DNA from: Octopus vulgaris
Taxonomy: Eukaryota
Length of the DNA: 64,000 nucleotides
Direction: 5' to 3'
NCBI GenBank assembly: GCA_951406725.2
Contig: OX597831.1
Span: 12,586,001 to 12,650,000, forward strand
Shown here: positions 42,004 to 54,741 of the stretch, piece after piece
Numbering within the stretch: position 1 is the stretch's first letter
How the letters are laid out: the number at the start of each line of letters is the position of its first letter
Notes under the pieces: model-generated
The model's input: the letters and a program-made list of their open reading frames with translations, nothing else
What the model was told of the DNA's origin: nothing
Databases searched by the model: none
Translations under genes and position numbers: made by a program

Positions 42004-45000
42004 CAACTGAATATAACCCCACCACAAATATGTTGATTTTTCACTAAAAAATCATTGTTTATAATAAAGGACCACTTTATTAAGACATATTCTTCTAAAA
42101 TGTACAATATGGGAAACAGTTTTGTTTTGTTACATGAAGCCATTTGACTTTTCTTATGTCAATAAATTATTCAGAAAAGCTTTCACGAATCCCCACATCA
42201 TTTTATCATATTAATAGGTATCTTTATTTTTGACTGTGTGATTAAGAAGCTTGCTTTACATGGCCTCATGTTCACTTTCACTGTGAGGCTCCTTTGGCAA
42301 GAAACCTCTATTATCGCCTCAAGCCAACCAATACCTTGTGAGTAAATATGGTAGATGGGAGCTGTATGAAAGACCATTGCATGTACATGCGTGTGTGTTT
42401 GTCCCCTTATCACATAGCAATCGGTGTTAGTTTATTTATAGCCTTGTACCAGTTTGGCAAAAGAGACTAACTGAATCATCCTTCAAAACAGTGTCTCAGT
42501 CTGGCTGCCGTCCAATGACTGAAACAAGTAAAAGATACATAATCCCAACACTACCAAGTATTGAAAAAATAAATCTGAGAAAAACATAGAAAAAAAAAAA
42601 CTGATAAACATTGAAAAAAAATTTTCATAAATTTAATTCCCAACAAAATCATATCTATTGATAAATTTCATTGTATGACAACCATTGATACTTAGAGGCT
42701 TATACATAAGTAAAAAATAAAATTTCTAGTTGTTTAGTACAGAATAGCAAGCTGTATAGTGCTTAAGACAAAAGAAAAAAAAGTACATAAAAAATTAAGA
42801 AAAAAATAATAACAGAAATAAGGGAAGATTTAAAACCACCATGTTAAAGCACAATTGATTAATGTATTGTGTCTTTTTTTGTATCCCTCATTACAATAGA
42901 AATAAATGATATTAATAGCATAAGAGAAAATACAATTGCTTAAAACTAAAATTATTAATGTAGGCAGATTTCTCTCCAGTTCTCATTATTTCAAGGTAAT
43001 TAAGGTTTTGAAGCACTATCTAAAATATTTCTTTGTTGTATTTGTCAGATTCAAGCTGATATCCTGTAAGGAACATGCAATGTTTTTATAGAGAAATTAT
43101 GTTCTTTAACAATATATAACATGCATATTTTCACATCAGTTTAAATATCAAGGACTACATTGTCTAATATGCCCTTCCTCTAATTAGGGAGTAGAGTATG
43201 ATTTGAACAGGATTTAAGCTCCAATTTTTAGCAGTTTGGTAATTTTAGCCCTTCTGTTACCATATTTCTGTTAAAATGCACTGCTTCTGTTTAAATAATT
43301 CCAAAAATAACAAAGAGTTTAGTAAAACAGTTTTGTCATTATTAAGCTGGTGTTTTGAACACAAGCTAACATAAAGGTTTTAATTTCAATCACTTTAAAA
43401 CAGTGAATTTGTATCACAGAACAAGGATGGTGTGGCCTTGAGGAGTGAAGAAGAAAGAAAAACATATTTTTATGTTGGCTGCAATGTCTATATATTTAAC
43501 AGTACCTTTTTACCTCTGGTCTAACACATTTACAGCCAACCACTAAAAAGTATGTCAAAAACAATTATTTTTAAGTTAGGAAAGCATTGTATTTTTAAGT
43601 TTACTTTGGATTGTTTGTTTTCCTTTAGATTTTTACTCATCTATTTCTGTCATCCATTCAAAACTAACTACTTATGTTAGCTTTTACTTCTCTAACAAGC
43701 AGCATATAATGTTTGCTTGCTCATGGACACTTTAATCTAGTCAATCTATTAGACTTTAGTGCAAATCCATCAGATCAAATTCACTAAATCTCTCTGCATT
43801 TTACCTACTCTGGCAACTCTTAATAAACAATCAGCTAGCTACGTGTAGGAGTGATCTAAATTGCTTTTCTATTATCTTCCTATCCACCCATAATACAGAG
43901 GTGGCTAGCTGCAGTCGCATACATCTTCAACAATTGCAGCCAGTTTTCTTATTTGTTTTTATTTCCAAAGAAGAGAACATTTGCTCACACCTTACAGACA
44001 TCCTCTTAGAGCAGGAAGATGACATTTATCTCTATGCCATTCATATATCAGCTCATACAGAGAAAAGAAAATTCACTGACAATATTGACTAAAAATAAAA
44101 AGGAGGAAAAAAAAGCAATGTTATGATTATGTATTTTGTAATTAGCTAGAGTATAATAATAATAATAATAACAATAATAATGTTAATTTTCTATTGAAGT
44201 ACTCTATATGCCATTGAAGTAAGACAATGAATCCGGGACGTTTCTTGTGTGACCAGCATCATCAGCTAATAGTTGCTAAGCAACTATATTGATTTTATAT
44301 GAATAGATCTGATAAAACTCAATTCATTCAACATATCTAATAAAGAAAAGTGAATGACAATATTCTTTACTTTTCACTGTCACTATGCTCAGGAGACAGA
44401 AAGAAATATAGGTAAAAATATTCAATGAACACTACTTTCTTTTAAGTATTCTAAATTTGTCACCAAATGATTGAACCAATAGACAGAGACTATCTTTTGA
44501 GAATATATCAACAATATTTTGGAAGTATTTTAATGTAGCGGTAGATATAAATAAATTTAAATAAATATACAGAGAGTGAAAAGAAGTTCCAAGTCCAAAC
44601 TTTCATGTATGGGAATTAGTTCAGCAGCTTTTTGAAACCTAATTCTTATAGCTTTATTTGGAAAATAAGTGAGAAAATGGAAAGTCACTCAAAAGTGTAT
44701 GTAAGCCCTGGGGTGGGGAAATAAAACATGTCAAAATTTTTTAGATCAATTTTTCTTATTAATATTTCTAAATAGAATTTTTGAAATATTTTATGTTTTT
44801 TCAAAAGAGGAAAAGAGAAAAAAAAAAAAATGATTAAAAACTTAAAAAGTTATTCTCGCAGTAAAATATATTAACTCTTCTATAATCAAATTTCTCATGA
44901 AATACACACAGCATGTTTTTCAATGAATTTTAAAAACAATTTAGAGGGATTTAGTAAAAATAATTAACATTTTTCAATACAAAGCTTGATAATTGTATTG

Positions 45001-45399
45001 TCAGTACAAGTTCTTGCATGAAATTAGCATTGAAACTTTTACTTTAATCACGAACAATTCAAAATGACATTTATCAAAATCAACATTTTGGATAATCCAT
45101 TCTAGATATTCAATGCCTGAAAGTAAAAGATCATAAATCTACTCAATCAGAACTCATCTGGAACTGAATATTTTAAGATACATTCCTGACGTTTTGAGAC
45201 TTTTTTTGGGAGAGGCAGCTATTAACTGCCTTAGATTATTATAAGCTCAGTATATCATTATTTCATTATAATACATCTAATAAGTTGACCTGCTAACATT
45301 TTATAACCAAATTGAAGGAATTAGCTGTAACAGCATTTTGAATACACCCTACTAAACACTGCTTATCAGGACTGAACAGTTTGCAGAGTGTAGTTAGGA

Positions 45400-45538
45400 T
45401 GTGAAGACAATTTGGAAGCTCACCATGCAATAACGTTTGTGTTAAACTGGGTAAAAATGTTATAGAAACTTATGAAGTGTTCCAGACTACTTATGGGTTA
45501 GCTTGTATAAGACAAGCATCTGTTTTTGCGAGCACAAG
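45400..45538 (+). mobile_element. mariner transposase N-terminal HTH fragment
   Basis: CVKLGKNVIETYEVFQTTYGLACIRQASVF resembles mariner IKFCVKLGKSATETYEMLQTAYG..MSRASVFEWHK. Confidence 0.7.
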
Positions 45539-45539
45539 T

Positions 45540-46140
45540 AAGTCCTAGTAAGTAGGAAGGTAGACAAATCTCAAATGCCTTCAGGTAGATGGCCCTGCTC
45601 GATCTGTAGGAAAGGTGTAGGTAGAAACTCTATAAGATGCACCAAGTGTAAGCTATGGACACACAAGAGGCGCAGCAACGTCAAGGGAAGGCTAACTAGG
45701 AAGATAGTTTTTGTATGTGGCAGATGCTCAGGAGCAATAAACACTGAAAATGCTCTGAGACCAACTTCCGTCACTTTCCAGGGAGAAAAACTAGAAATAG
45801 TTGATAGCTTCCATTACCTAGGTGACCAAGATCAACATGAATGGAAATTGCCGCTGTGATTCAGTGCTGGTGGCACATAAGAGAACCATCCGAACGTGGC
45901 CGTTGCCAGTGCCGCCCTGACTGGCTTCCGTGCCAGTAGCACGTAAAAAGCACCATCCGATCGTGGCCGTAGCCAGCCTCGCCTGGCCTCCGTGCCAGTG
46001 GCACGTAAAAAGCACCATCCGATCGTACCCGTTTGCCAGCCTCGCCTGGCCTCCGTGCCGGTGGCACGTAAAAAGCACCATCTGACCGTGGCCGTTTGCC
46101 AGCATGGAAAGCGGACGCTAAACGATGATGATGATGATGA
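45540..46140 (+). mobile_element. Internally deleted RTE-clade LINE (RT C-terminal Zn-finger region fused to 3' UTR)
   Basis: Translation VLVSRKVDKSQMPSGRWPCSICRKGVGRNSIRCTKCKLWTHKR...FVCGRC...LEIVDSFHYLGDQ, then an abrupt junction at about 45830 into ~55-60-bp GTGGCACGTAAAAAGCACCATCC repeats and a (GAT)n tail. Confidence 0.85.
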
Positions 46141-47495
46141 TTGAATTTTATAAAACTGATAATCAACTTAGATTTAATCGCCATGAATACAATTTATTCG
46201 GTAGTGGTTCAGATCGAACAGAGTTAGATGGGAGTTTCTTTAGTGTAAATGTTGTTGTTGTTTAATTTCCGATCAGTTCTGAAGGAGTTAATGTATGATC
46301 TATTACTTTTAGGTAGTGAGTATCTGGAATACAATATCCAATGAGCTGATATTTACAAATGATTTTATCTTCTCAAGAGAAAGAAGAAAATCCATTAGAA
46401 GAGTATTGGCTTTGTTTAAATGGTTCCATTACAGTGATACCAGAATACTGATGGAATATTATAGAACAATAAGGAGTTAGCTAGAATAGAAATTACAAAA
46501 TAAAGATTCACAATTTAAATAAAATAGTGTAACATCATCAACATCATTATCACTAGTAGTTGTTCCATTTGTTGTCCCATACTTCCCTGCTTGAATGAGT
46601 TAGATGTAATTCATTGAGGCAGATTTTCTACAGATGGATGCCCTTCCTGTTGCTAACCCTCACTTGTTATCAAGCAATGTAATATTTTCCCATTATTGCT
46701 TTTATAAAAACTGGAATAAATGGCACTGCTTGTATGACAGTGACACTCGTTTATAACTATCACAGATTGTGATGTCAAGAAGGCACACACAGATACAAAT
46801 ACCCACACACATGATGGGCTTCTTTCAGTTTCCCTCATCCAGATCCACTTATAAGGTTTTGGTCAGCTTAGGGCCATGGTAGAAGTCACTTGCTCATGGT
46901 ACCACATAGTGGGACTGAATCCAAAACCATGTGGTTTGGGAAGCAAAATTCTTAACAATAAAAACATGTCTGATAAAATTAAAAAATGATTCTGAACTTA
47001 AGCAAATGAGTATCTAAAAAAAAATTTTTTAATTCTCTTATTTTGAGAGATGAATTTTTAAAAAAATATTTACACCTACATAATCTTTCAATCGATTTCA
47101 GATCTGACTGTCATCAGTTATCTAATTCCTGAACGTCTGCATAATATCAGACCATTCACATCGGAGAATAACACACATGATGATGACTGGAGATGAAAGT
47201 GATTGAAACTTAGTGCACATGTGAATATTAAAAGAAAAATATTCCTCTCTAAAGATGTTAATAGTCCAAAAACTTCTAATGTTATTCACATCAATTTATC
47301 TCAGACATTTAGACATGTAATGAATATATATTATGTTATCTCAGGGATATTTTGCAATCACTTTCCCAAGTATAGTTAACCATGTTTTCGTTGTTCTGTT
47401 GTAATAAATTGATTTTACAGCTGGATGCACATCCTGCTGTTAACTACTCAACTGTGAAGTAGTAAAAGAACTAGGTGTGTGTGTGCATGTCTGTA

Positions 47496-47572
<77 letters not shown>

Positions 47573-49499
47573 ATCTGTTTTTCTGTCTCTCTATATGTAC
47601 TTAGTATTCTGTCAGGTGAGATTGATGTGTAGTGAATCTCAAGTCACAAGAAAAGAATTCTATTTGAATAAACCATATCTGCTACAATATGCAATGTGTA
47701 TCGCTTCCTCGAAAAAGTTATGTTGTCAAAAGAAAGAAGAGAAGAGCAATTTTTGAACATACTTTATATATCACACACACGTAATATTTCTAAAATTGAT
47801 TTTTTAAAAAAATATGGGGAATGTTCTCCATCAGCACCAGAGTCAAATTGAAGTGGTATTTATTCTTGTAGATGAAACAATGCCTAATGTTTCTAGTAAT
47901 ACATTTCATCAAAACAGAGAAATGAATATAATGTAACAGCAAGTAATTTCAAAAATTTGAATTGTAATCTGAGGACACATGAAATCCTTCAAATTAGAAA
48001 ATATATGAAACAATGAAAAGGAAGGTAAGTCTTCTAAGCAAAATATTACAAGCATATTATTATCACTTAAAAAAATTAAGATATCATGAAGTATCTGCAT
48101 GTCTTATAATGTAGTTAAGAATTTTGCTTTGCATCATGGTGGTTCTAGGTGTGATCTTATTATACAACATTGTATGAAAGGGTCTTCTCAGTAGTTTCTT
48201 AATAACAAAACCATGTTATTGATGTTATAGAAAATTGGTAAATAAAAAAGGTTGCAGGCAGAACCATGTGATTTTGGGTTTGTTTCAACTGCATATCACC
48301 TTGGTCATGTGTCTTCCATTAAGCTGCTTTAGGCTGATGATCAATACTTTGTGAGTGAAATTTGGTGAATAGAAACTGGAGAGAAGCCTTTCATACATAT
48401 ATACATATGAATGTATGTATGTACAAACATATGAACAAATGCATGTATGTACAGACAAATGTATGCATGTGTTTGTATGTGTATAGATGCATTCATACAT
48501 GTACACCGTGCATGTCTATACTGTGCTCCATAACTTGCTAAACAGAAATTGATAAAATAGACATTGAAATACAATGCTTGGTGTAGTTGGCTAAAACTCT
48601 AGGAAGCAGTGTCTCAACATGATTGCAATCCAAAGTTTGAAGCCAGAAAAAAGAATAACAAAAAGGAAGAGATAGTTAAGTAGCACTACTGAGAATATCA
48701 TTGCAGACAAATAAATACCACAGAATTCCAGTTATCTTTCGATTACCTGACATTCTGATTAGCATGCATACCCACCCATAAATTCTTGGATAAATGAAAA
48801 TACAAGAAAATGAACTTTAAATCACTAAAGACCTGTCAATCCTCTTTACGTCTGATAATAGAGACTCTAGTAATATACTCGACAACAAAAGCAAAACTAG
48901 GCTCCACACTAAAAGACTAAATAGTGAACTAACAAGATTATCTGTGCATTAGCACAGATACTTAAGAAAACAATGGTAAGTGAAATACCAAATATCTTTA
49001 CACGATTTTCATCTCCTGAAGGAAAAGAAAATGATAAAAGATAAAAAGTATTGTATTAGAACATTTATTAGCTCCATAAACAGTTCGTAAGTGGAACAAA
49101 TTGGTTTGCTGTCAGAAAGAAAATGTTTAAAGTTTTGGACACTGTCCTTCATCAGAAAATTGTTTTTCTTTTATTTTTTCTTTCCCTCTCCACATCATTT
49201 CATTCCACTTTTGAACCATTTATCCTCACCAATTAATTGCCAACCATCACTAATGAATTCTAGTTTCCTCATCTCCTACTGTTTACTTTATTAGCTATGT
49301 AGGTTATCAGTAACATATTGGATATATTAGTCTTTAGAAATGAATTTTTAATAACAATCAGTTAATAAAGAAGAAACAAAGAAACTACACAGTTGAAAAG
49401 AAGGGAAAATAGCAAAGCTTAATGGGGATTTTGTTTCCTTTGTTCTTTTTCAGCTCTAGCAAACTGTATTATGATTATTATAGCCAGCCAGCCAGCCAT

Positions 49500-49665
49500 C
49501 TCTGCCCTCTATGCCTCGGAAGGTTTCAGAGGAAGACCTTTCAAGTACTTCTTCTATAGGGTCTTATTAAAAGTAACCGTCAACACTTTCTGGCCAGATT
49601 CTCAGGCATGACCGATTGACACTATGGATGTTATCCAATCACCTTGTACTCGGTCTTCTCCTAAG
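49500..49665 (-). mobile_element. LINE ORF 3'-terminal remnant
   Basis: Minus strand reads RRPSTR*LDNIH, resembling the GRPRTRWLDNI C-terminal motif; a (GCCA)n tract is adjacent. Confidence 0.4.
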
Positions 49666-50895
49666 CATAAACAATTTCTAAGTATAAACAATGAAACTAT
49701 TTAGATGGTGTCAATGTTTACATTCACTGTAAAGGCATATTCTGGCCAATGTACAGTTTGCTATGTAAAAGAGCAGGGGAATAACTAGTTCATTTGGAAA
49801 CAAGAGTTGGCTACATGAAGGGCATCCAGTCAAAGGAGATCACCTAAACAGGTCTTGTTTAAGCCATGTTAGCATAGAAAATGCAGACATAAAAACAACA
49901 ATTACACACACACACAAGTCGAGTAAAATCATGGCTCTCCATGCATACAGGCATGTCCTCTACTACATCCCTTTCTTAGCTGAAAGATCCTAGTCTTTTG
50001 GGCTTGTGGGTGCTGGTGCTACGATAAAAGCACCTATACTGGTGGTTACGTTAAGAGCATCTGGTACACTCTGTAAAGTAGATGGCATTGGGAAGGGCAT
50101 CCAGCTGAAGAAACCATGCTAAAACAGACAAATGGAGCCTGGGCAGTTCTCCAGCTGGCCAGCACCTGTCAAACTGTCCAACCCATGCCAGCATGGAAAA
50201 CATGCTAAATGATGATGAAACACACACACACACACTATTATACACTTGCATCATAAACACACATGCTAGAATAAAAAAATGCAGACGTAATAATGATTAA
50301 TATATCTATACAAACACATGCACTTGCACACCTGCAATTACATGTATTATACACACATACACACACACATCATCATCATTTCAATGTTTACAACGTTTGC
50401 AATGGGATCAATTATGTGTTTATAGGTCTTTTTCCTATGCTAGCATGGGTGGATAACAGTTACTGACTGTGTGTGAGTAGAATGCGCATATATCCAGTCA
50501 GTAATAATGGTTCATTTTTACTATTAATCATAGGAAATAAAATTTCTAATTCAGTAGAAGTAGCTCTATAAAAAAAAAGTTAAAAAAAGTAAAAAAAGAA
50601 ACAAAGAAATAAAAATGACAATTCACAGAAATATATTTTATGAAAGCAAGTGTTGATGGCAAAGCAGTAAATATGGAAGCATTAAGATGTTTGTACTTTG
50701 TAACCTCATGACCAACCCTGTAGAAGAAAAAATAAATAAAAGTCATCAGAATGAATTAAAACAGCTTAATCTGTATAGCTGATGTTTTTTGAGAAATGGT
50801 GGGCAGGTTAAGAAGAAAGTTTGAAGGGAAGGCGGGAGAGAGAGAGAGAAAGAAAGTGTGAGAACAAGAGAAATAATGATAGAGTAATTGAAAAG

Positions 50896-50937
<42 letters not shown>

Positions 50938-51238
50938 AGGAAAAAGAGAGAGGGAGAGAGAGAAGAGAACACCTGTTTTGTAGATGTTGACAAGTTTTCA
51001 ATCTGTATTTCTTTAGATCCTTGGTATATAATAATAACTAATAATGAGTTACTCTGTAAATATATCAGATGAAAATGTTAAACATATCCTTCCTATGTCA
51101 ATATGTAAAACAAATTAAGAAATAACTTAAGAGTTTGCAGAATTGAAGGCTTGAAATATATTACTGGTAGGGGGGCAGGAAACATTTTTGGTATTCCTCA
51201 TCACCAACAACAGCCAGTGATCATCATGGATATTACAA

Positions 51239-51282
<44 letters not shown>

Positions 51283-51430
51283 TAATAATAATAATAACAA
51301 CAACAACAACAATAATAATAATAATAAAATGTGACTGGAGTAGTATGAAAAATAAAATGAATAAAATGAGTAAAATAATATGAAATAAAAATATTAAACA
51401 AACAAACAAAAACAAACAGAAGTCACTGAC

Positions 51431-51489
51431 CTAACTTTGGCACCAACATTGAAGCCTCCCAGGAATTCAAGAGTTTCATCCTCTCTCAC
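51431..51489 (-). CDS. Candidate 59-nt internal exon (VREDETLEFLGGFNVGAKV-R/S), possibly of an upstream isoform of the DGK gene
   Basis: TTTTTTGTTTTGAAATTCGACCAG|exon|GTCAGT with an open frame. It is GC-richer than its flanks, ends AG in phase 2 like the RdgA-like exon, and has a complementary intronic partner at 51888-51910. Confidence 0.45.
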
Positions 51490-52573
51490 CTGGTCGAATT
51501 TCAAAACAAAAAATAACCAATATTAGCTTTATAGAATATCCAAGACCTTACTAATGTAATTATATATGGAACCTAAATAAAGCTTTCTTATTTGAGGTCT
51601 TTCTTGTCATTAGATTTCATTAAAAGGATAAAATTAAAATGAATCCATTATTTATATTAATTTTGAAATTACTATAAATATAACTTCAGTGAAGTTATAT
51701 ATATATATTTTTTTTCATTTTTAGAATACTAACAGATTAAATTTTGACAATAGGATTTATGTTTTCACTAATAATTGAAATACAAGTGATACAAAACAGT
51801 AGAAATTTGTCTATACATTATTAAATTGAGATCTAGTTGTCTTTTTAAACAAATCCCTTCTTTGGTAATAAACATATTTGATTTATTGGCTTCATTTTGG
51901 TGCCAAAGTTTATCCAGTAGACAGAGCCCAAGTCTTTACTTACTGAGTGGTTTAGACACTCAAAAACAACAAAAATAAAAACAAACAAAATGAGAAAAAT
52001 GAAGAAAATAAACCCAACATCTTTATCTTCAGTCTAGATTGACACTGCAGTTTCAAAATAAATTATGTTCAGAATACATTAACATATATGTAAATGTGAA
52101 ATAAACATCTTCCATCCATGTTTTCTGCAAAAAGAAATATTTATCTGACTAGTAATCCAAGTATCTAAATACTATATGATTTCATATAGTATTTATAATA
52201 TTTTAAATACATATTAGATATTAGTAGATATATATCGTATTTTTTACATGCAAAGTTTCAGTCTTATTCATGGTACCTTGAGCAAGCTCTGGGACATCCA
52301 AAGCCTTGCAAGTGGATATGGTGGATAGAAGCTGAAAGAAGCTCCTCATGTATATATTTACATATATATATATATATACAGGTGTTTGTGCATGGGTTTG
52401 TGTTTGTGTTCCTGTCTCCTTGTCTTGACATCATGCAACTTTTACAAATAAACACTACCATCCTACAAGTGGCATTTTTCATGTCTCATTTGTTTTCACA
52501 GAAAACATGTCAAATCAGAAGGAAATATTACTTTGTGTTGCAATCTGAAAAGCATTAAGCCATAGAAAATTTT

Positions 52574-52879
52574 ACATCACCTCACACCACGTAAATAGAT
52601 ATACACATAGAATACAATATAGTTAAACACACTCCAAATATCCCAAATATACCAATCAATATATTTGTATCTTTACTCAACAAAACTTCAATAATAAAAT
52701 CTTTTGAATAAAATCCAACCAAAAAAGGAAATCCACACAATGCTATATTTGAAATATTAAGAACAATTCTAGTAAAAGGCAAATTATATCTTACCCCCTC
52801 AATATCCCGAATATTCTGTATGCCACAATAACAATGAATGATATTCCCACCACATAAAAACAACAAGGCTTTAAATATA
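52574..52879 (-). pseudogene. nad5: NUMT: mitochondrial NADH dehydrogenase subunit 5 fragment
   Basis: In the invertebrate mitochondrial code it reads FKALLFLCGGNIIH...NMALCGFPFLVGFYSKDFIIE...LTMLYS...VVWGD, which are hallmark ND5 motifs. Confidence 0.92.
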
Positions 52880-53137
52880 TCCTATCGATACACTGTGCAT
52901 ACACAGTGCCCCAAGTCGCATCGGGTGTTTGGTGCATGGCGGCGACACGCTCGTACATCATCCGATGCTTCTGCTGACGTTGGGCGGGCACCAGCAATGT
53001 CAACTTGTCTATTCCATCCAGTACGAGAGGAACCGTGGGATCAGAGCAATGATTTGCATGCTTGTTTGATAGAGTGGTGGTGCCAGGCTGCCTCTGAGTG
53101 ATAATGGCTGAATGCCTCTAAGCTGGAACCATTTTCT
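52880..53137 (+). pseudogene. Large-subunit (28S-type) rRNA 3'-region fragment
   Basis: Sarcin-ricin loop AGTACGAGAGGAAC at 53020-53033 is closed by an ATTCCAT/GTGGGAT stem. GATAATGGCTGAATGCCTCTAAG at about 53100 matches the conserved eukaryotic GATTATG(A/G)CTGAACGCCTCTAAG. Assignment of 52880-53010 is less certain. Confidence 0.8.
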
Positions 53138-54253
53138 GCGAAAACATGTCCAATCAGAGGGAAATATTACCTTATGTTGTAATCTGAAAGGCATTAAGCC
53201 ATAGAAAATTTTGTTTCGATGAACTTTGTCTGACCCACACAAGCATGGAAAAATAGGCATTAAAATTATGCTAAATGAATGAATGAGTATCTTTGAGGAG
53301 AAATAATGATTTCTTACATCGAAGCACCATGGTACAATTTATAGAAGTGGGAAGAGTTGATTGTGTCATCCCCAATAGTTTCCTGAAACTCTAGTTTATT
53401 GACCCTGGGGAGATGAAAGGCAAAGATAACCATGGAAAGATTTGAGCCCAGAATGCAAACATTACCACTGGAAGAAGCTTCTGCATGGTTATGCCACTTG
53501 TTAGTAATAGCAACCAGATTTCCTACAAACTACATCTTATTGTCTTGAGAAAGAAAATAGACATATTTTATTGTGTCGTCATTGATACACAGTTCTTGAA
53601 AATATCACTGGGAGAGTGTGGCTTGAATGTTGGTAATCGATGGACTCCTTAGTCAGGGTCAAACTGAGGCTGAATAACAACAACATTGGTCAAATATCAG
53701 TTTTGTTTTACATAAACAGTTTATAGAAATGTCATATGTGTGTGTGTGTGAGTGGAGTGGAGATACATCAACATGTAATTAATAATTATGAAGTTGAAAA
53801 TGCATTAATTTTACTGAATTTATACAAATCACTCGAGATGTTTACACATCCCAAAGATATTAGGTATGTAAGAAATAACAAAAGAAGAAATATCAATGAT
53901 AGATGGTTCTAGAAAGTGTAAAGGTTAGCAACTACAATTTCACAAATGCTGAATGCTCTGGGAGTTTTGCTGAATTCCTGTTTAACCTTTTCAATATCAA
54001 CCTGCTTGAAACTATCTTCTAATGAACCTTTCTGTAACCATTATCAAGTAGCTGGAGGGTTTTAATAAAGCAACAAACTTTTCACTTGGTGGTGTATTAA
54101 GCTAATGCTTTGAACATAAATTAACAGTAAATGGTTATTGTATAGAATTATAATGGGGCATAAATTTGAATACTAGTCACTATAAAATGGGTATTTCATT
54201 ATGTATACTGTTTATATTATTCAAATTGGTGATTTCATCTTGGTTGTTACTTT

Positions 54254-54490
54254 CACTATGTTTCGACTGTTCTACACTAAAGCCTTCTTCAGGTGTCTTG
54301 TATTGAACTCGGTTGTTGCTTTGGCATTTCGAACCTAACCTTTTCTTTGATCCATGGGGGGTATATTATCAGGCTCTCAGCATTTGGTGACATTTTTGCT
54401 TTAGTTGATTTTTGTGAATTACCTTAGTGCCTTGCCTGGGATTGAACTCAGAACTTCTAGGTGACTGCACTGGCTTAACCAACATCTTAG
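54254..54490 (-). mobile_element. tRNA-headed SINE-like element with a 3' hammerhead-like motif
   Basis: Minus strand has TTGGTTAAG...GAGTTCAATCCCAGGCA as head, then GACAC-CTGAAGA-A-GGCT..AGTC-GAAA-CA-TA-GTG. Confidence 0.55.
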
Positions 54491-54741
54491 CTGTTGAAAA
54501 ACCAGGGACAGTCTCAGGTGTTTAGTATCAAAAGGGGCTAACGGGTTCAAATTGGAATCCTTATTTTCTCCTTCTCTCTTCCTGTTACAAGTACAAAATT
54601 GATTTTCTGGAATCGTTGGTTCCAAAGCCTCTCTGGATTACTGCTTTTTCTGAACCAGGAGTGATCACTTTGCTCAACACATTCTAAATTAAATAACTAT
54701 TAAATTTACTTACACAATTAAATGAACTACAGCTACCTATA

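Noticed and set aside
52574-52879. Functional nad5 gene or mitochondrial contig
   Set aside because: It is only a ~300-bp internal fragment embedded in nuclear repeats.
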